Assembly (NCBI GenBank): GCA_950097015.1
Contig: CATNEN010000024.1
Location: forward strand, 6,758,001-6,822,000
Direction of reading: 5' to 3'
DNA: 64,000 nucleotides
Source: Macrostomum hystrix
Taxonomy: Eukaryota > Animalia > Platyhelminthes
The position numbers were made by a program, and so were the translations under genes. The first letter of the stretch is position 1; every line of letters starts with the position of its first letter. Below the pieces are notes generated by a model. The model saw nothing but the letters and a program-made list of their open reading frames with translations, was not told the origin of the DNA and ran no database searches. This document shows positions 25,211 to 37,541 of this stretch, one piece after another.

Positions 25211-25964
25211 CAGCAAATAAGCAATAGGTGCGACAAGCAATTGAAAACTGTGTTTAAGAAATAAATAAAACACAACGGTTTTTAACAGTGCTAATTATAA
25301 CAACTTAACGAGTAAAAACAGGAAAAAATTATAGAGACTAAGCTGCAGTAAAACATACTACAATGTATGCACATTTATTTTTGTCCGTATTTATAATAAA
25401 CAAACATGACGAAAAAAGATTAGCGTCATGATTTAGAACAAGGGTCGCGGATATTGTAGTGGAAAAAAACGACTAGGGTTGGATAAGGAAATACTTGTAG
25501 AGAGCAGAGAGAAATATAATGCCCAGAACTGACGTAGGCAAGCAAATCAAATACGCAAAGTAACTAAAGCAATGTAAAAGTGACTAAGTACACACACACG
25601 GTGGCTAAATGATTTTATGCAAGCAAAATGTGTCACAAAATTGTTCCGTGAGGACGCTGAGAGAGAGGAAAAAGAATAAAATGTGAACTATGCTTACTCT
25701 TAGTAGAGTGTAAGCATTTTATCATAAAATGTGCATGTGCTGAAATACGATCTAAATTGACCGTTAAAAAACAATAACTGACTTTACGAGTACTAAGAAC
25801 TGCATTAGGGTGCAAACAGTAGAAAGAAACAAAAAACATTTGAGTAGGACATTACTACAAAAAATAATACACAAGTTATGAAAGCAATTGCTGCAAAGAA
25901 GTAATTTCTAACTCGCATGTGAGTGAAAGGTTTAAACAACTTTATTATATCCGTGGGGGAGAAC

Positions 25965-26200
25965 GCAGAAGGGTTCAGGAGAACCAAGTAGGGTTCAGGA
26001 GAACCCAGGAGGGTTCAGGAGAACCAAGTAGGGTTCAGGAGAACCCAGGAGGGTTCAGGATAACACAGGAGGGTTCAGGAAAACCCAGGAGGGTTCAGGA
26101 GAACCCAGGAGGGTTCAGGAGAACCCAGGAGGGTTCAGGAGAACCCAGGAGGGTTCAGGAGAACCCAGGAGGGTTCAGGAGAACCCAGGAGGGTTCAGGT
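25965..26200. repeat. Minisatellite, 20-bp unit GGGTTCAGGAGAACCCAGGA, about 11 copies
   Basis: Tandem array; the unit contains the hairpin GGGTTC/GAACCC. Confidence 0.93.
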
Positions 26201-26633
26201 GTTTCGAGTTGTTATAAATCTATATTAGGTGAAAAAGAAGAAATCTATATACTCTGGTATATATAAAAAAAGTAGTCCTATAAAGACAATTTAAATCAGG
26301 ACTCTAAATTATAATTCTACAGTAGAACACGGTTACACAGAATAAAATAAAGTGCAAAGAAGTTATAATTTTTTACCAAGATTTTAAACGCAATTAGAAA
26401 GCCTTTTCAGCTTACAAACCTTTTGAATTGCAGCGAATGAATTGCAAAGCAGAAACATAAAATACTCAGACATGACAACATCAGTAATATGAGAAGAACG
26501 GTTACAAGCAAGCACAAAGCTTCAGCAGTTAAGCCAGTTAAACTGTCATTTGAAAGGGTTAGCTGAGAAAAACGCCACTTTGCTATTAGCCTACTTGTGA
26601 GTAGTATATAGTCGAAAAGCTGAATCGCAGATT

Positions 26634-27476
26634 TTAGAAATCCTCCGCGTAGGAGCCGGGAAAGATTCCCCGCTTACCGCTGGAATCCTCGCCTAGCCAC
26701 CAACCGTCCGAGCACTTCTCAAGGACGCTGACAACGTCGCCCTCACGCAGGCTGAGCTCGTCGGAGTGACCGGCGGCGTAATCGAACAGCGCCCTGGCCC
26801 AGCCGCACACTCGGACACCGTCAGCTGATCTGCTGCCACTGCCACTCTCGGCCTCCTCAATCGGCTCATTGAACTCATCGATTGGCGGCGTTAGGAGAGC
26901 GGCGGCTACCGCGGAAATCGGCGGAGACGAAGGATGCGACGGAGGCGGAGGTGGCGGCGGCGGCGGCGCGTGCTGCCGTTTGCAGCTCGGTGTCCTGGGC
27001 GCACGCAGCGGCGGGTCCAGCTGAGCATAGGTTGGGTCGTCTGGCTCCTCCTCATCCCGGTCGCCTGGCTCGACTGTTGAAGCCGATTGGAACAGTCGGA
27101 AATCGTCCACGCCAAGCTCCGAAGACGCCTCGTCGTGTTCCGCATCCGCGGAGGTGGCAGTGACAGAAGCGCCGGCTGGCCCAGCCGATGAACTATTGGA
27201 CGTTGCCGACTGTATTGACGAAGCCCGCCTCATAGCCGGCGCCAGTCTGAGCACAGTCTGGGGCATGCCCAGGCGATCCTTGCTGCGCTCCAGACAATGC
27301 GCCAGGCTGAACACAGGCCGGCAGGGCGGAGGCGAGCCCGCCAGGGCGTGCAGCGCCAGCTCCTGTTTGTAGCGCGAGGCCTCCAAAAACTGCAGAGTGG
27401 ATCGAATGTGCGACAGTCTGGCGGCGGCCTCGTGCTGCGAGGCGGCCTCGCCGAAGCCCGGACTGGTGTTGTACAC
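26634..27476 (-). CDS. NOSTRIN: NOSTRIN-like last exon with C-terminal SH3 domain (ARALFDYAAGHSDELSLREGDVVSVLEKCSDGWWLGE...GIFPGSY)
   Basis: Acceptor ccattcgcag|GTG. Canonical SH3 motifs ALFDY, EL, GWW, GxFPxxY, then stop. The F-BAR-HR1-SH3 architecture fits the Nostrin/CIP4 group. Confidence 0.92.
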   Translation of the reverse strand: MYNTSPGFGEAASQHEAAARLSHIRSTLQFLEASRYKQELALHALAGSPPPCRPVFSLAHCLERSKDRLGMPQTVLRLAPAMRRASSIQSATSNSSSAGPAGASVTATSADAEHDEASSELGVDDFRLFQSASTVEPGDRDEEEPDDPTYAQLDPPLRAPRTPSCKRQHAPPPPPPPPPSHPSSPPISAVAAALLTPPIDEFNEPIEEAESGSGSRSADGVRVCGWARALFDYAAGHSDELSLREGDVVSVLEKCSDGWWLGEDSSGKRGIFPGSYAEDF

Positions 27477-27629
27477 CTGCGAATGGTATTTTTGGTTGGC
27501 TCACTGTTATGACCGTTAGCATGACCTTTTAGACTACACAATACAGTACCTATATAAAAGAATAAGCAGTAATAAAAAAGGGTATACACAATGGACAGTA
27601 GCTTCCGAAATGAAATAACTACCCTACTT

Positions 27630-28100
27630 ATAGTAGCTATCCAAATAGGATAATTATACTACTAAGAGTAGCTTTCTAAAAAGGACAATTATACTACTGA
27701 TAGCAGCTTTCCAAATAGGATAATTATACTACTGATAGTAGCTTTCCAAAAAGGATAATTATACTACTGATAGTAGCTTTCCAAAAAGGATAATTATACT
27801 ACTAATAGTAGCTTTCCAAATAGGATAATTATACTACTGATAGTAGCTTTCCAAATAGGATAATTATACTACTGATAGTAGCTTTCCAAAAAGGATAATT
27901 ATACTACTGATAGTAGCTTTCCAAATAGGATAATTATACTACTGATAGTAGCTTTCCAAATAGGATAATTATACTACTGATAGCAGCTTTCCAAATAGGA
28001 TAATTATACTACTGATAGTAGCTTTCCAAATAGGATAATTATATACTACTGATAGTAGCTTTCGAAATAGGATAATTATACTACTGATTCAAAATTGGAT
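27630..28100. repeat. Minisatellite, 35-bp unit GGATAATTATACTACTGATAGTAGCTTTCCAAATA, about 13 copies (NOSTRIN intron 5)
   Basis: Tandem array. Confidence 0.94.
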
Positions 28101-28251
28101 AATTACAACAATAATAGTGGCTTTCCAAATGGGATAAGTAAAGTTATAATACGAGCGTAGTGGCTTTCTAAAAAATATAATTTAACAGCTTATAGTTTAT
28201 ATGACGCTACTCATAGTAGCCTGTGACAGAAGCAGGAATATAAAGACCAAC

Positions 28252-28608
28252 CTGTAGGAGTTTCTCAACGCCCTCCCGGCCCTTGATCTCGCGCTCAATA
28301 TCAGCACAAATCAGTGCCGTGTAGGAGTGCAGAGCGGCCTCGCGCCGTGCACGATCCATGGGATTGTTGAGATCTTCAGCGTAGCTTTCAAACAGCAGCT
28401 GCTCGCTGGCTGCCAGCAGCGCGCCTCGCTGCTCAACCACTGTGCTTATGTCGGCCTCGATGTCGGCTGTTGAAAGGCAGCGGTGCAGCCGGCCGCTGAG
28501 CTGGGCGTAGGCCGGGGCCAGCTGATCTACTCGACGTTGATAGCGCAGCAGCATCTCATGCGTCAGGCGCAGCCGGTCCGTCTCCAGGGCCTGCAGCTGC
28601 TCGGAGCC
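28252..28608 (-). CDS. NOSTRIN: NOSTRIN-like exon 5 (end of F-BAR, start of HR1-like coil ...IEREIKGREGVEKLLQ)
   Basis: Acceptor actgacag|GGC, donor CAG|GTTGGT, 119 codons, phase 0/0. Confidence 0.88.
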
Positions 28609-28679
28609 CTGTCAGTGATAGGAGGAAATGGTCAGCTGGATGAGGAAGGCGTTGCAGTTGCAACAAGAGCGTTCAGCGG

Positions 28680-29190
28680 GTTCTGGGCGGATACCAAGCT
28701 GAAGGATCAGGGCTGGGGGCGGATACCCAGCTGAAGGATCAGGGCTGGGGGCGGATACCCAGCTGAAGGATCGGGGCTGGGGGCGGATACCCAACTGAAG
28801 GATTGGGGCTGGGGGCGGAAACCTAACTGAAGGATCGGGGCTGGGGGCGGATACCCAACTGAAGGATCAGGGCTGGGGGCGGATACCTAACTGAAGGATC
28901 GGGGCTGGGGGCGGATACCTAACTGAAGGATCAGGGCTGGGGGCGGATACCCAGCTGAAGGATCGGGGCTGAGGGCAGATACCTAACTGAAGGATTGGGG
29001 CTGGGGGCGGATACCTAACTGAAGGATCGGGGCTGGGGGCGGATACCTAACTGAAGGATCAGTGCTGGGGGCGGATACCTAACTGAAGGATCGGGGCTGG
29101 GGGCGGATACCCAACTGAAGGATCGGGGCTGGGGGCGGATACCTAACTGAAGGATCGGGGCTGGGGGCGGATACCCAGGTGAAGGATCGG
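28680..29190. repeat. G-rich minisatellite, 32-bp unit GGGGCTGGGGGCGGATACC(C/T)AACTGAAGGATC, about 16 copies (NOSTRIN intron 4)
   Basis: Tandem array. Confidence 0.95.
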
Positions 29191-29288
29191 TAGATCGAAT
29201 GATTTATTACAATCTGTAGCACACAAGTTCACACGAGAAGGAACCAAAGGCGAATAGAAATGTAACCAGATTACGGAATATTGTTTAC

Positions 29289-29405
29289 CCTAGCAACGGT
29301 GCCCTCCCAGTCGAGCCGGGCCAGCTCCGCGCGCAGGCAGGCGTCGTAGTACTCTTTGTCGCATCTGGCCATGTTAGCCTGGCAGGCGCGGCATTTCTTC
29401 TCCTG
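29289..29405 (-). CDS. NOSTRIN: NOSTRIN-like exon 4 (QEKKCRACQ...CDKEYYDACLRAELARLDWEGTVAR)
   Basis: Acceptor ttgcag|CAG (tandem NAGNAG), donor AGG|GTAAAC, 39 codons, phase 0/0. Confidence 0.88.
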
Positions 29406-29559
29406 CTGCAAGCAACGCACAGAGTGGGAATAAAATTACGGATAACAGCTTCTTGTCTGTTTTAGACCACACCAAAAAGTTTGAATCGCATTAGAAAATC
29501 TAATTCGGAAATTCAGAAATCAGAAATACGAGACTCAGTAGAATGGGACAAAGACTCAC

Positions 29560-29923
29560 CTTGCTAGAGTCCTTCTCAGCCTTAGCATCGCCGCTGCTGG
29601 TGCCATTGGAGCCGCCTCCGCCGCCGCTGCTGCTTTTCCTGCCAATCTGCGCGTCTGACAAGGCGTCCCAAGCCTTCTCGGCCTCTTTAGCCGAGCAATA
29701 AGCCTTCTTTTTAGCGACCGCCTCCTCGGCCCGCTTGTCCAATAGGGCCCGAATGGACTTTTCAACTTGCACTTCAATCGGCTTGCGCGATTTGTGAAAC
29801 GATTCGTTCAGTTCTCGCATCGGCTTGGTCACCTCCTCGGACAGGTTGGTGGCGAACTCCTGACGAATCTCGGCCTCGCGCTTGATGGACTCGCCTATCG
29901 AGCCCCAGGAGCCGGCCACAGTG
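29560..29923 (-). CDS. NOSTRIN: NOSTRIN-like exon 3, F-BAR core
   Basis: Acceptor gccag|C completes the Gly codon; donor AAG|GTGAGT. Helical F-BAR peptide AGSWGSIGESIKREAEIRQEFATNLSEEVTKPMREL...AKKKAY. Confidence 0.9.
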
Positions 29924-30026
29924 CTGGCGAGTCGGTGTGGAGGGTGTGTTATTGTTAATACATTACCGGTTTTGTTTATTCCGTTGGAATGCTAATCCTT
30001 TTTTGTTTAGTTTTCATTAAGTTTTA

Positions 30027-30095
30027 GTAGCTTTTAGCCAAGTCGTAGCGCTTTGGACTTAAAACAGAGGTCGGGAGTTCGAATCACAGCCCAAT
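30027..30095 (+). pseudogene. Degenerate tRNA-like sequence, probably the head of an old SINE, in NOSTRIN intron 2 (antisense)
   Basis: A-box-like TAGCCAAGTCG, anticodon-arm-like TTGGACTTAAAACAG, and GAGGTCGGGAGTTCGAATC (B-box) at tRNA spacing. The acceptor stem does not close, so it is not a functional tRNA. Confidence 0.5.
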
Positions 30096-31052
30096 GAAAA
30101 ATATTTTAATCCGGCTGTAGCAAAACTATGCCGGCTCCAGCAGTCTATGGACCTTATCCACGTGTGATTCATCAAATTAGCTCGGCCAATTAAATAATCG
30201 TCTATGGCCGTTGGAGAGTGCTTGGAATTCTCCATTTGATTGGCATTTTTTGTCTATGGTCGAGTGTAGTTCTATGGCAGTGGCTGCTACTGCAGTGAAT
30301 GAGAATTCTTAACGTGATTGACTTTTATTCTCGACTTGGCTGACAACTAGAATGCTTTTTCCATACTTTAAATATCGTAGCAAATAAATAATATGAAATT
30401 ATTATTTTAGTGCCCTTAAAAACAGTCTGTCGTGCTAAGAAGCCAGCGGGCAAAATAAAAGTGCAGGATTTCTGCTTGCCACACACACGGAGATTCGGCT
30501 GATACACACATACGACTTGGGCGGGGATCGAGTAAGACGGAAGAAAAGCAACGACCGGCAGGGGACAGACATGGGCTGAGGCGACAAATCAATCGATATG
30601 GAGAGAGGCCTTCCCATTTTCTGAGCGTCTCCCTATCCCACCCTAGTCCCTGGCCAACTCCCTCAGCTCTGCATCCATCCGTTTCTTCCTTATCCCGGCC
30701 TCACTAAGAAAAACCGAACACTGAGTCTGTATTTACTGCTCAATTCTCTATTAGTGCAGCGAATTGGACTGAGACAGCTGTGCGGCACTAAACTAGCAAC
30801 ACTCGACAGCTCACTAGAAGCAAATATATGCACTATGCAGATGAAGAGACGGGAGATTGGGAAAAGATGGGAGATCAGGAGAAGACGGGAGATGAGGAAG
30901 AGATGGGAGATTGGGAAAAGATGAGATATGAAGAACAGATGAGGAAAAGATAAGAGATAGGGAACACGTGGGAGGTTAGGAAGAGATGGGAAATGATGAC
31001 TAGATGGGATATTGGAAAAATATAAGAGATAGAAGATGTGGAGGAAACTTAC

Positions 31053-31219
31053 CCGGCGCACGTGGCGGCCACTTTGGCCATTCGCTGGCTAATCTTGACC
31101 AGGCCGCGGGCATAGTGATGCTCCAATTCGCAGCGTTCAACTAAAATGGCCGACAGCTCCTTGCAGAGATCGTTGCCCTGCTTGATGTAGCGCTTCAGCT
31201 CATCGAATCCATTGGTGCC
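31053..31219 (-). CDS. NOSTRIN: NOSTRIN-like exon 2, F-BAR/FCH start (GTNGFDELKRYIKQGNDLCKELSAILVERCELEHHYARGLVKIS)
   Basis: Acceptor tttcgtccag|GGC and donor CGG|GTAAGT (phase 2). The peptide resembles invertebrate Nostrin GxNGFEELRRYVKQGxDFxKEL...ER...Y.KxLxK. This exon is not in the ORF track (no ATG). Confidence 0.9.
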
Positions 31220-31479
31220 CTGGACGAAATGGATTGGGGCGCTAGTGTTAACTGTTATATGTTTAGTTTGAATTAAGTTAAAAAATACTCTGCAAGCTGT
31301 AATTTTAACTCCCCAAAAATGCTTGCAACTCTAACAAAAACAGCAGCTTAGAAACTTATAATCCATAAAAATTCCATCTCAAAATCCCAAAACTAAATTT
31401 TGAAAAAAAGAAAAAACGTTTAAATCCCATACAATGGACCAAAGACTCCCAATTTAAGAAATTAAACCCTTAAGCTTCA

Positions 31480-32712
31480 TATCCCAAGCACTGGATCCCT
31501 AAGCGACAGATCCCAAGCACTGGATCCCTAAGCGTCAGATCCCAAACACTGGATCCCTAAGCTTCATATCCCAAACACTGGATCCCTAAGCTTCATATCC
31601 CAAACACTGGATCCCTAAGCATCAGATCCCAAACACTGGATCCCTAAGCGTCAGATCCCAAACACTGGATCCCTAAGCGTCAGATCCCAAACACTGGATC
31701 CCTAAGCGTCAGATCCCAAACACTGGATCCCTAAGCATCAGATCCCAAACACTGGATCCCTAAGCGTCAGATCCCAAACACTGGATCCCTAAGCATCAGA
31801 TCCCAAACACTGGATCCCTAAGCATCAGATCCCAAACACTGGATCCCTAAGCTTCAAATCCCAAACACTGGATCCCGAAGCTTCAAATCCCAAACACTGG
31901 ATCCCAAAGCTTCAGATCCCAAACACTGGATCTCGAAGCTTCAGATCCTAAACACTGGATCCCAAAGCGTCAGATCCCAAACACTGGATCCCTAAGCATC
32001 AGATCCTAAACACTGGATCCCTAAGCGTCAGATCCCAAACACTGGATCCCTAAGCTTTATATCCCAAGCACTGGATCCCTAAGCATCAGATCCCAAACAC
32101 TGGATCCCAAAGCGTCAGATCCCAAACACTGGATCCCTAAGCATCAGATCCCAAACACTGGATCCCTAAGCGTCAGATCCCAAACACTGGACTCCTAAGC
32201 GTCAGATCCCAAACACTGGACTCCTAAGCGTCAGATCCCAAGCACTGGATCTCGAAGCTTAAAATCCCAAACACTGGATCCCAAAGCTTCAGATCCTAAA
32301 CACTGGACCCAAAAGCTTCAGATCCTAAACACTGGATCCCAAAGCTTCAGATCCCAAACACTGGATCCCAAAAACCGGATCCCAAACACTGGATCCCAAA
32401 AACCGGATCCCAAACACTGGATCCCAAAAACCGGATCCCAAAGCTTCAGATCCCAAACACTGGATCCCAAAAACCGGATCCCAAAGCTTCAGATCCCAAA
32501 CACTGGATCCCAAAAACCGGATCACAAAGCTTCAGATCCCAAACACTGGATCCCAAAAACCGGATCCCAAACACTGGATCCCAAAAACCGGATCCCAAAC
32601 ACTGGATCCCAAAAACCGGATCCCAAAGCTTCAGATCCCAAACACTGGATCCCAAAGCTTCAGATCCCAAACACTGGATCCCAAAGCTTCAGATCCCAAA
32701 CACTGGATCCCT
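31480..32712. repeat. Minisatellite, about 29-bp unit GATCCCAAACACTGGATCCCTAAGCGTCA, grading into GGATCCCAAAAACC variants
   Basis: Tandem array with a compositional gradient. Confidence 0.95.
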
Positions 32713-33344
32713 AAATACAGAAAAATTTACGAAATTAACATATATCTCCCTGATTAGGAAAGTAATTAAAAAGTTGATCCCACTGTTACTCTGCGTGCGA
32801 CAGTCATACGCAATCTTTAAATTTGTCAAAGTAATTACAAATTCCATCCCTGATTTCTTCACATGACAGTCGCAAATTTTCTGCCTTACATTTTACTTTA
32901 CAGGCAGAGAGGAAAAAGGAGAGGAACAGAGAAAGTTGTCAGTAACAGATGGTATCGCCCATTGTTGCAGCACTAGCTGCACTCGTTTATTATACTCGTA
33001 CCTATCCAAATTCTCTAGCCAAGGGTTACCTGAATTCACGTGAACAGTTAAGGGGGCACGAGGGGACAGTAATGCAATGAGTAACACCTATTTTAATACT
33101 CCCCAAATAGCTTGTACAATGAGTGCGTAAAGAATAGTTAACAAACTTTGCAGATGATGATTGGCATCTATTTTCGCACTGACTCACACACGAGCTACCA
33201 ATGGCAGGATTCTAGCAAGATTTATATACAAATTATATTAGCTGTACACCTTATATTCAATGATTTCTTACACCTGACCCACAGCGAGACAATCTGATTT
33301 TTAATGCTCTCTGAGCTTTCTAATGCACGTTTCTAATCTGTCTG

Positions 33345-36325
33345 CTCAATCATCTAATCCTCTAATCTGTCAAAACAATCCTCTAATCTGTCAAATCAAT
33401 CCTCTAATCTGTCAAATCAATCCTCTAATCTGTCAAAACAATCCTCTAATCTGTCGCATCACTCATCTTATACTCTAATCTGTCGCATCACTCATCTTAT
33501 ACTCTAATCTGTCGCATCACTCATCTTATACTCTAATCTGTCGCATCACTCATCTTATACTCTAATCTGTCACATCACTCATCTTATACTCTAATCTGTC
33601 ACATCACTCATCTTATCCTCTAATCTGTCACATCACTCATCTTATACTCTAATCTGTCGCATCACTCATCTTATACTCTAATCTGTCGCATCACTCATCT
33701 TATACTCTAATCTGTCGCATCACTCATCTTATACTCTAATCTGTCGCATCACTCATCTTATACTCTAATCTGTCACATCACTCATCTTATACTCTAATCT
33801 GTCACATCACTCATCTTATCCTCTAATCTGTCACATCACTCATCTTATCCTCTAATCTGTCACATCACTCATCTTATCCTCTAATCTGTCACATCACTCA
33901 TCTTATCCTCTAATCTGTCACATCACTCATCTTATCCTCTAATCTGTCACATCACTCATCTTATACTCTAATCTGTCACATCACTCATCTTATCCTCTAA
34001 TCTGTCACATCACTCATCTTATCCTCTAATCTGTCACATCACTCATCTTATCCTATAATCTGTCACATCACTCATCTTATACTCTAATCTGTCACATCAC
34101 TCATCTTATCCTCTAATCTGTCACATCACTCATCTTATCCTCTAATCTGTCACATCACTCATCTTATCCTCTAATCTGTCACATCACTCATCTTATCCTC
34201 TAATCTGTCACATCTCTCATCTTATCCTCTAATCTGTCACATCACTCATCTTATCCTCTAATCTGTCACATCACTCATCTTATCCTCTAATCTGTCACAT
34301 CACTCATCTTATACTCTAATCTGTCACATCACTCATCTTATCCTCTAATCTGTCACATCACTCATCTTATCCTCTAATCTGTCACATCACTCATCTTATC
34401 CTCTAATCTGTCACATCACTCATCTTATACTCTAATCTGTCACATCACTCATCTTATCTTCTAATCTGTCACATCACTCATATTATACTCTAATCTGTCA
34501 CATCACTCATATTATCCTCTAATCTGTCACATCACTCATCTTATACTCTAATCTGTCACATCACTCATCTTATCCTCTAATGTGTCACATCACTCATCTT
34601 ATCTTCTAATCTGTCACATCACTCATATTATACTCTAATCTGTCACATCACTCATATTATCCTCTAATCTGTCACATCACTCATCTTATCCTCTAATCTG
34701 TCACATCACTCATCTTATCCTCTAATCTGTCACATCACTCATCTTATCCTCTAATCTGTCACATCACTCATCTTATCCTCTAATCTGTCACATCACTCAT
34801 CTTATCTTCTAATCTGTCACATCACTCATCTTATCCTCTAATCTGTCACATCACTCATCTTATCTTCTAATCTGTCACATCACTCATCTTATCCTCTAAT
34901 CTGTCACATCACTCATCTTATCTTCTAATCTGTCACATCACTCATCTTATCCTCTAATCTGTCACATCACTCATCTTATCTTCTAATCTGTCACATCACT
35001 CATCTTATCCTCTAATGTGTCACATCACTCATCTTATACTCTAATCTGTCGCATCACTCATCTTATACTCTAATCTGTCGCATCACTCATCTTATACTCT
35101 AATCTGTCGCATCACTCATCTTATACTCTAATCTGTCACATCACTCATCTTATCCTCTAATCTGTCACATCACTCATCTTATCCTCTAATCTGTCACATC
35201 ACTCATCTTATCCTCTAATCTGTCACATCACTCATCTTATACTCTAATCTGTCACATCACTCATCTTATCCTCTAATCTGTCACATCACTCATCTTATCC
35301 TCTAATCTGTCACATCACTCATCTTATCCTATAATCTGTCACATCACTCATCTTATACTCTAATCTGTCACATCACTCATCTTATCCTCTAATCTGTCAC
35401 ATCACTCATCTTATCCTCTAATCTGTCACATCACTCATCTTATCCTCTAATCTGTCACATCACTCATCTTATCCTCTAATCTGTCACATCTCTCATCTTA
35501 TCCTCTAATCTGTCACATCACTCATCTTATCCTCTAATCTGTCACATCACTCATCTTATCCTCTAATCTGTCACATCACTCATCTTATACTCTAATCTGT
35601 CACATCACTCATCTTATCCTCTAATCTGTCACATCACTCATCTTATCCTCTAATCTGTCACATCACTCATCTTATCCTCTAATCTGTCACATCACTCATC
35701 TTATACTCTAATCTGTCACATCACTCATCTTATACTCTAATCTGTCACATCACTCATCTTATCTTCTAATCTGTCACATCACTCATATTATACTCTAATC
35801 TGTCACATCACTCATATTATCCTCTAATCTGTCACATCACTCATCTTATACTCTAATCTGTCACATCACTCATCTTATCCTCTAATGTGTCACATCACTC
35901 ATCTTATCTTCTAATCTGTCACATCACTCATATTATACTCTAATCTGTCACATCACTCATATTATCCTCTAATCTGTCACATCACTCATCTTATCCTCTA
36001 ATCTGTCACATCACTCATCTTATCCTCTAATCTGTCACATCACTCATATTATACTCTAATCTGTCACATCACTCATATTATCCTCTAATCTGTCACATCA
36101 CTCATCTTATCCTCTAATCTGTCACATCACTCATCTTATCCTCTAATCTGTCACATCACTCATCTTATCTTCTAATCTGTCACATCACTCATATTATACT
36201 CTAATCTGTCACATCACTCATATTATCCTCTAATCTGTCACATCACTCATCTTATCCTCTAATCTGTCACATCACTCATCTTATCCTCTAATCTGTCACA
36301 TCACTTATCTTATCCTCTAATGTGT
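33345..36325. repeat. Minisatellite, 29-bp unit TCTAATCTGTCACATCACTCATCTTATCC, about 100 copies, with a 1276-bp higher-order duplication
   Basis: Tandem array; private variants recur at 34055/35331 and 34215/35491. Confidence 0.97.
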
Positions 36326-36904
36326 CAAATATGGGATATGTCAGTTTACTGATCTAATATTCCAATCTGTCAGACCACTAACCAACTCGCTTATCCATCT
36401 GCTATCTTATATCAGTACATCGATAGACCATAGCTTTTCCTCTTATAAGAATATTCTAAGCCAACTTCCCAAATCCAATTTCCCCAAAATGTCGCATTTC
36501 TGCACAAAACGAATCGGGTGACGCCAATGGAAGGGGAAAAGCGAATAAACATTGTCCAAGAAAATAAAGCACTGCACTATATATATATTAGTAGCACTAT
36601 AAGTAAAGAGCGAATACACAGTTCTAAAATTAGGCATGCTTCGTGTTGAAGTGACGCAGATGGTCTGCTAGTCAAAGATTTTACAATAGACTAAGGAAAT
36701 GGCATTTGAAACGAATAGCAGATAATCGTTCTTGTCTACTATCGTAAAAGTCCGCGTTTTATTTGTTTCTTGGTGAGACTATAAAAACGGATGTGAACTC
36801 AAATAATGAGAAGGTCAGAACTTTACTTGTAACAATTGACAATTAGCTAAAAATTAGGCATTGAGACTGACATCACATACTAAATGTGATAATGAGATTC
36901 TCAC

Positions 36905-37478
36905 ACACTAAACCACGAGAATGAACTCAAAGTTCAGAGAATGAACTCACACACTAAACAATGGGAATGAACTCAAAGTTCAGAGAATGAACTCACACAC
37001 TAAACTACGCACACTCACACAATGAACTCAAAGTTCAGAGAATAAACTCACACTAAACTAAACTATGAACTCAAAGTTCAGAGAATGAACTCACACACTA
37101 AACTACACACACTCACACAATGAACTCAAAGTTCAGAGAATAAACTCACACTAAACTATGGGAATGAACTCAAAGTTCAGAGAATGAACTCACACACTAA
37201 ACCACGAGAATGAACTCAAAGTTCAGAGAATAATCTCAAAGACTAAACTATGGGAATGAAAAAACATTTCAGAGAATAAACTCACACACTAAACTATGGG
37301 AATGAACTCAAAGTTCAGAGAATAAACTCAAAGACTAAACTATGGGAATGAAAAAACATTTCAGAGAAGAAACTCACACACTAAACTATGGGAATGAAAA
37401 AACATTTCAGAGAAGAAACTCAAAGACTAAACTATGGGAATGAAAAAACATTTCAGAGAATAAACTCACACACTAAAT
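36905..37478. repeat. Minisatellite, about 45-47-bp unit GAATGAACTCAAAGTTCAGAGAATGAACTCACACACTAAACTATGG
   Basis: Degenerate tandem array ending about 60 bp from the NOSTRIN exon-1 donor. Confidence 0.88.
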
Positions 37479-37541
37479 CATGAGAATCAACTCACACCAA
37501 ACCATGTCAATGAACTTAAAATCCAGAAGCCCCTTGATTAC

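Noticed and set aside
21212-25264. Long Cys/Pro/His-rich ORFs (730, 396, 346 aa etc.)
   Set aside because: Translations of the 43-bp and 17-bp arrays, whose units are not multiples of 3 and cycle through all frames.
26693-27589. Several alternative-frame and antisense ORFs over the NOSTRIN last exon (likewise over the ZNF608, GPCR and PDE1 exons)
   Set aside because: Shadows of GC-rich coding sequence; no independent signal.
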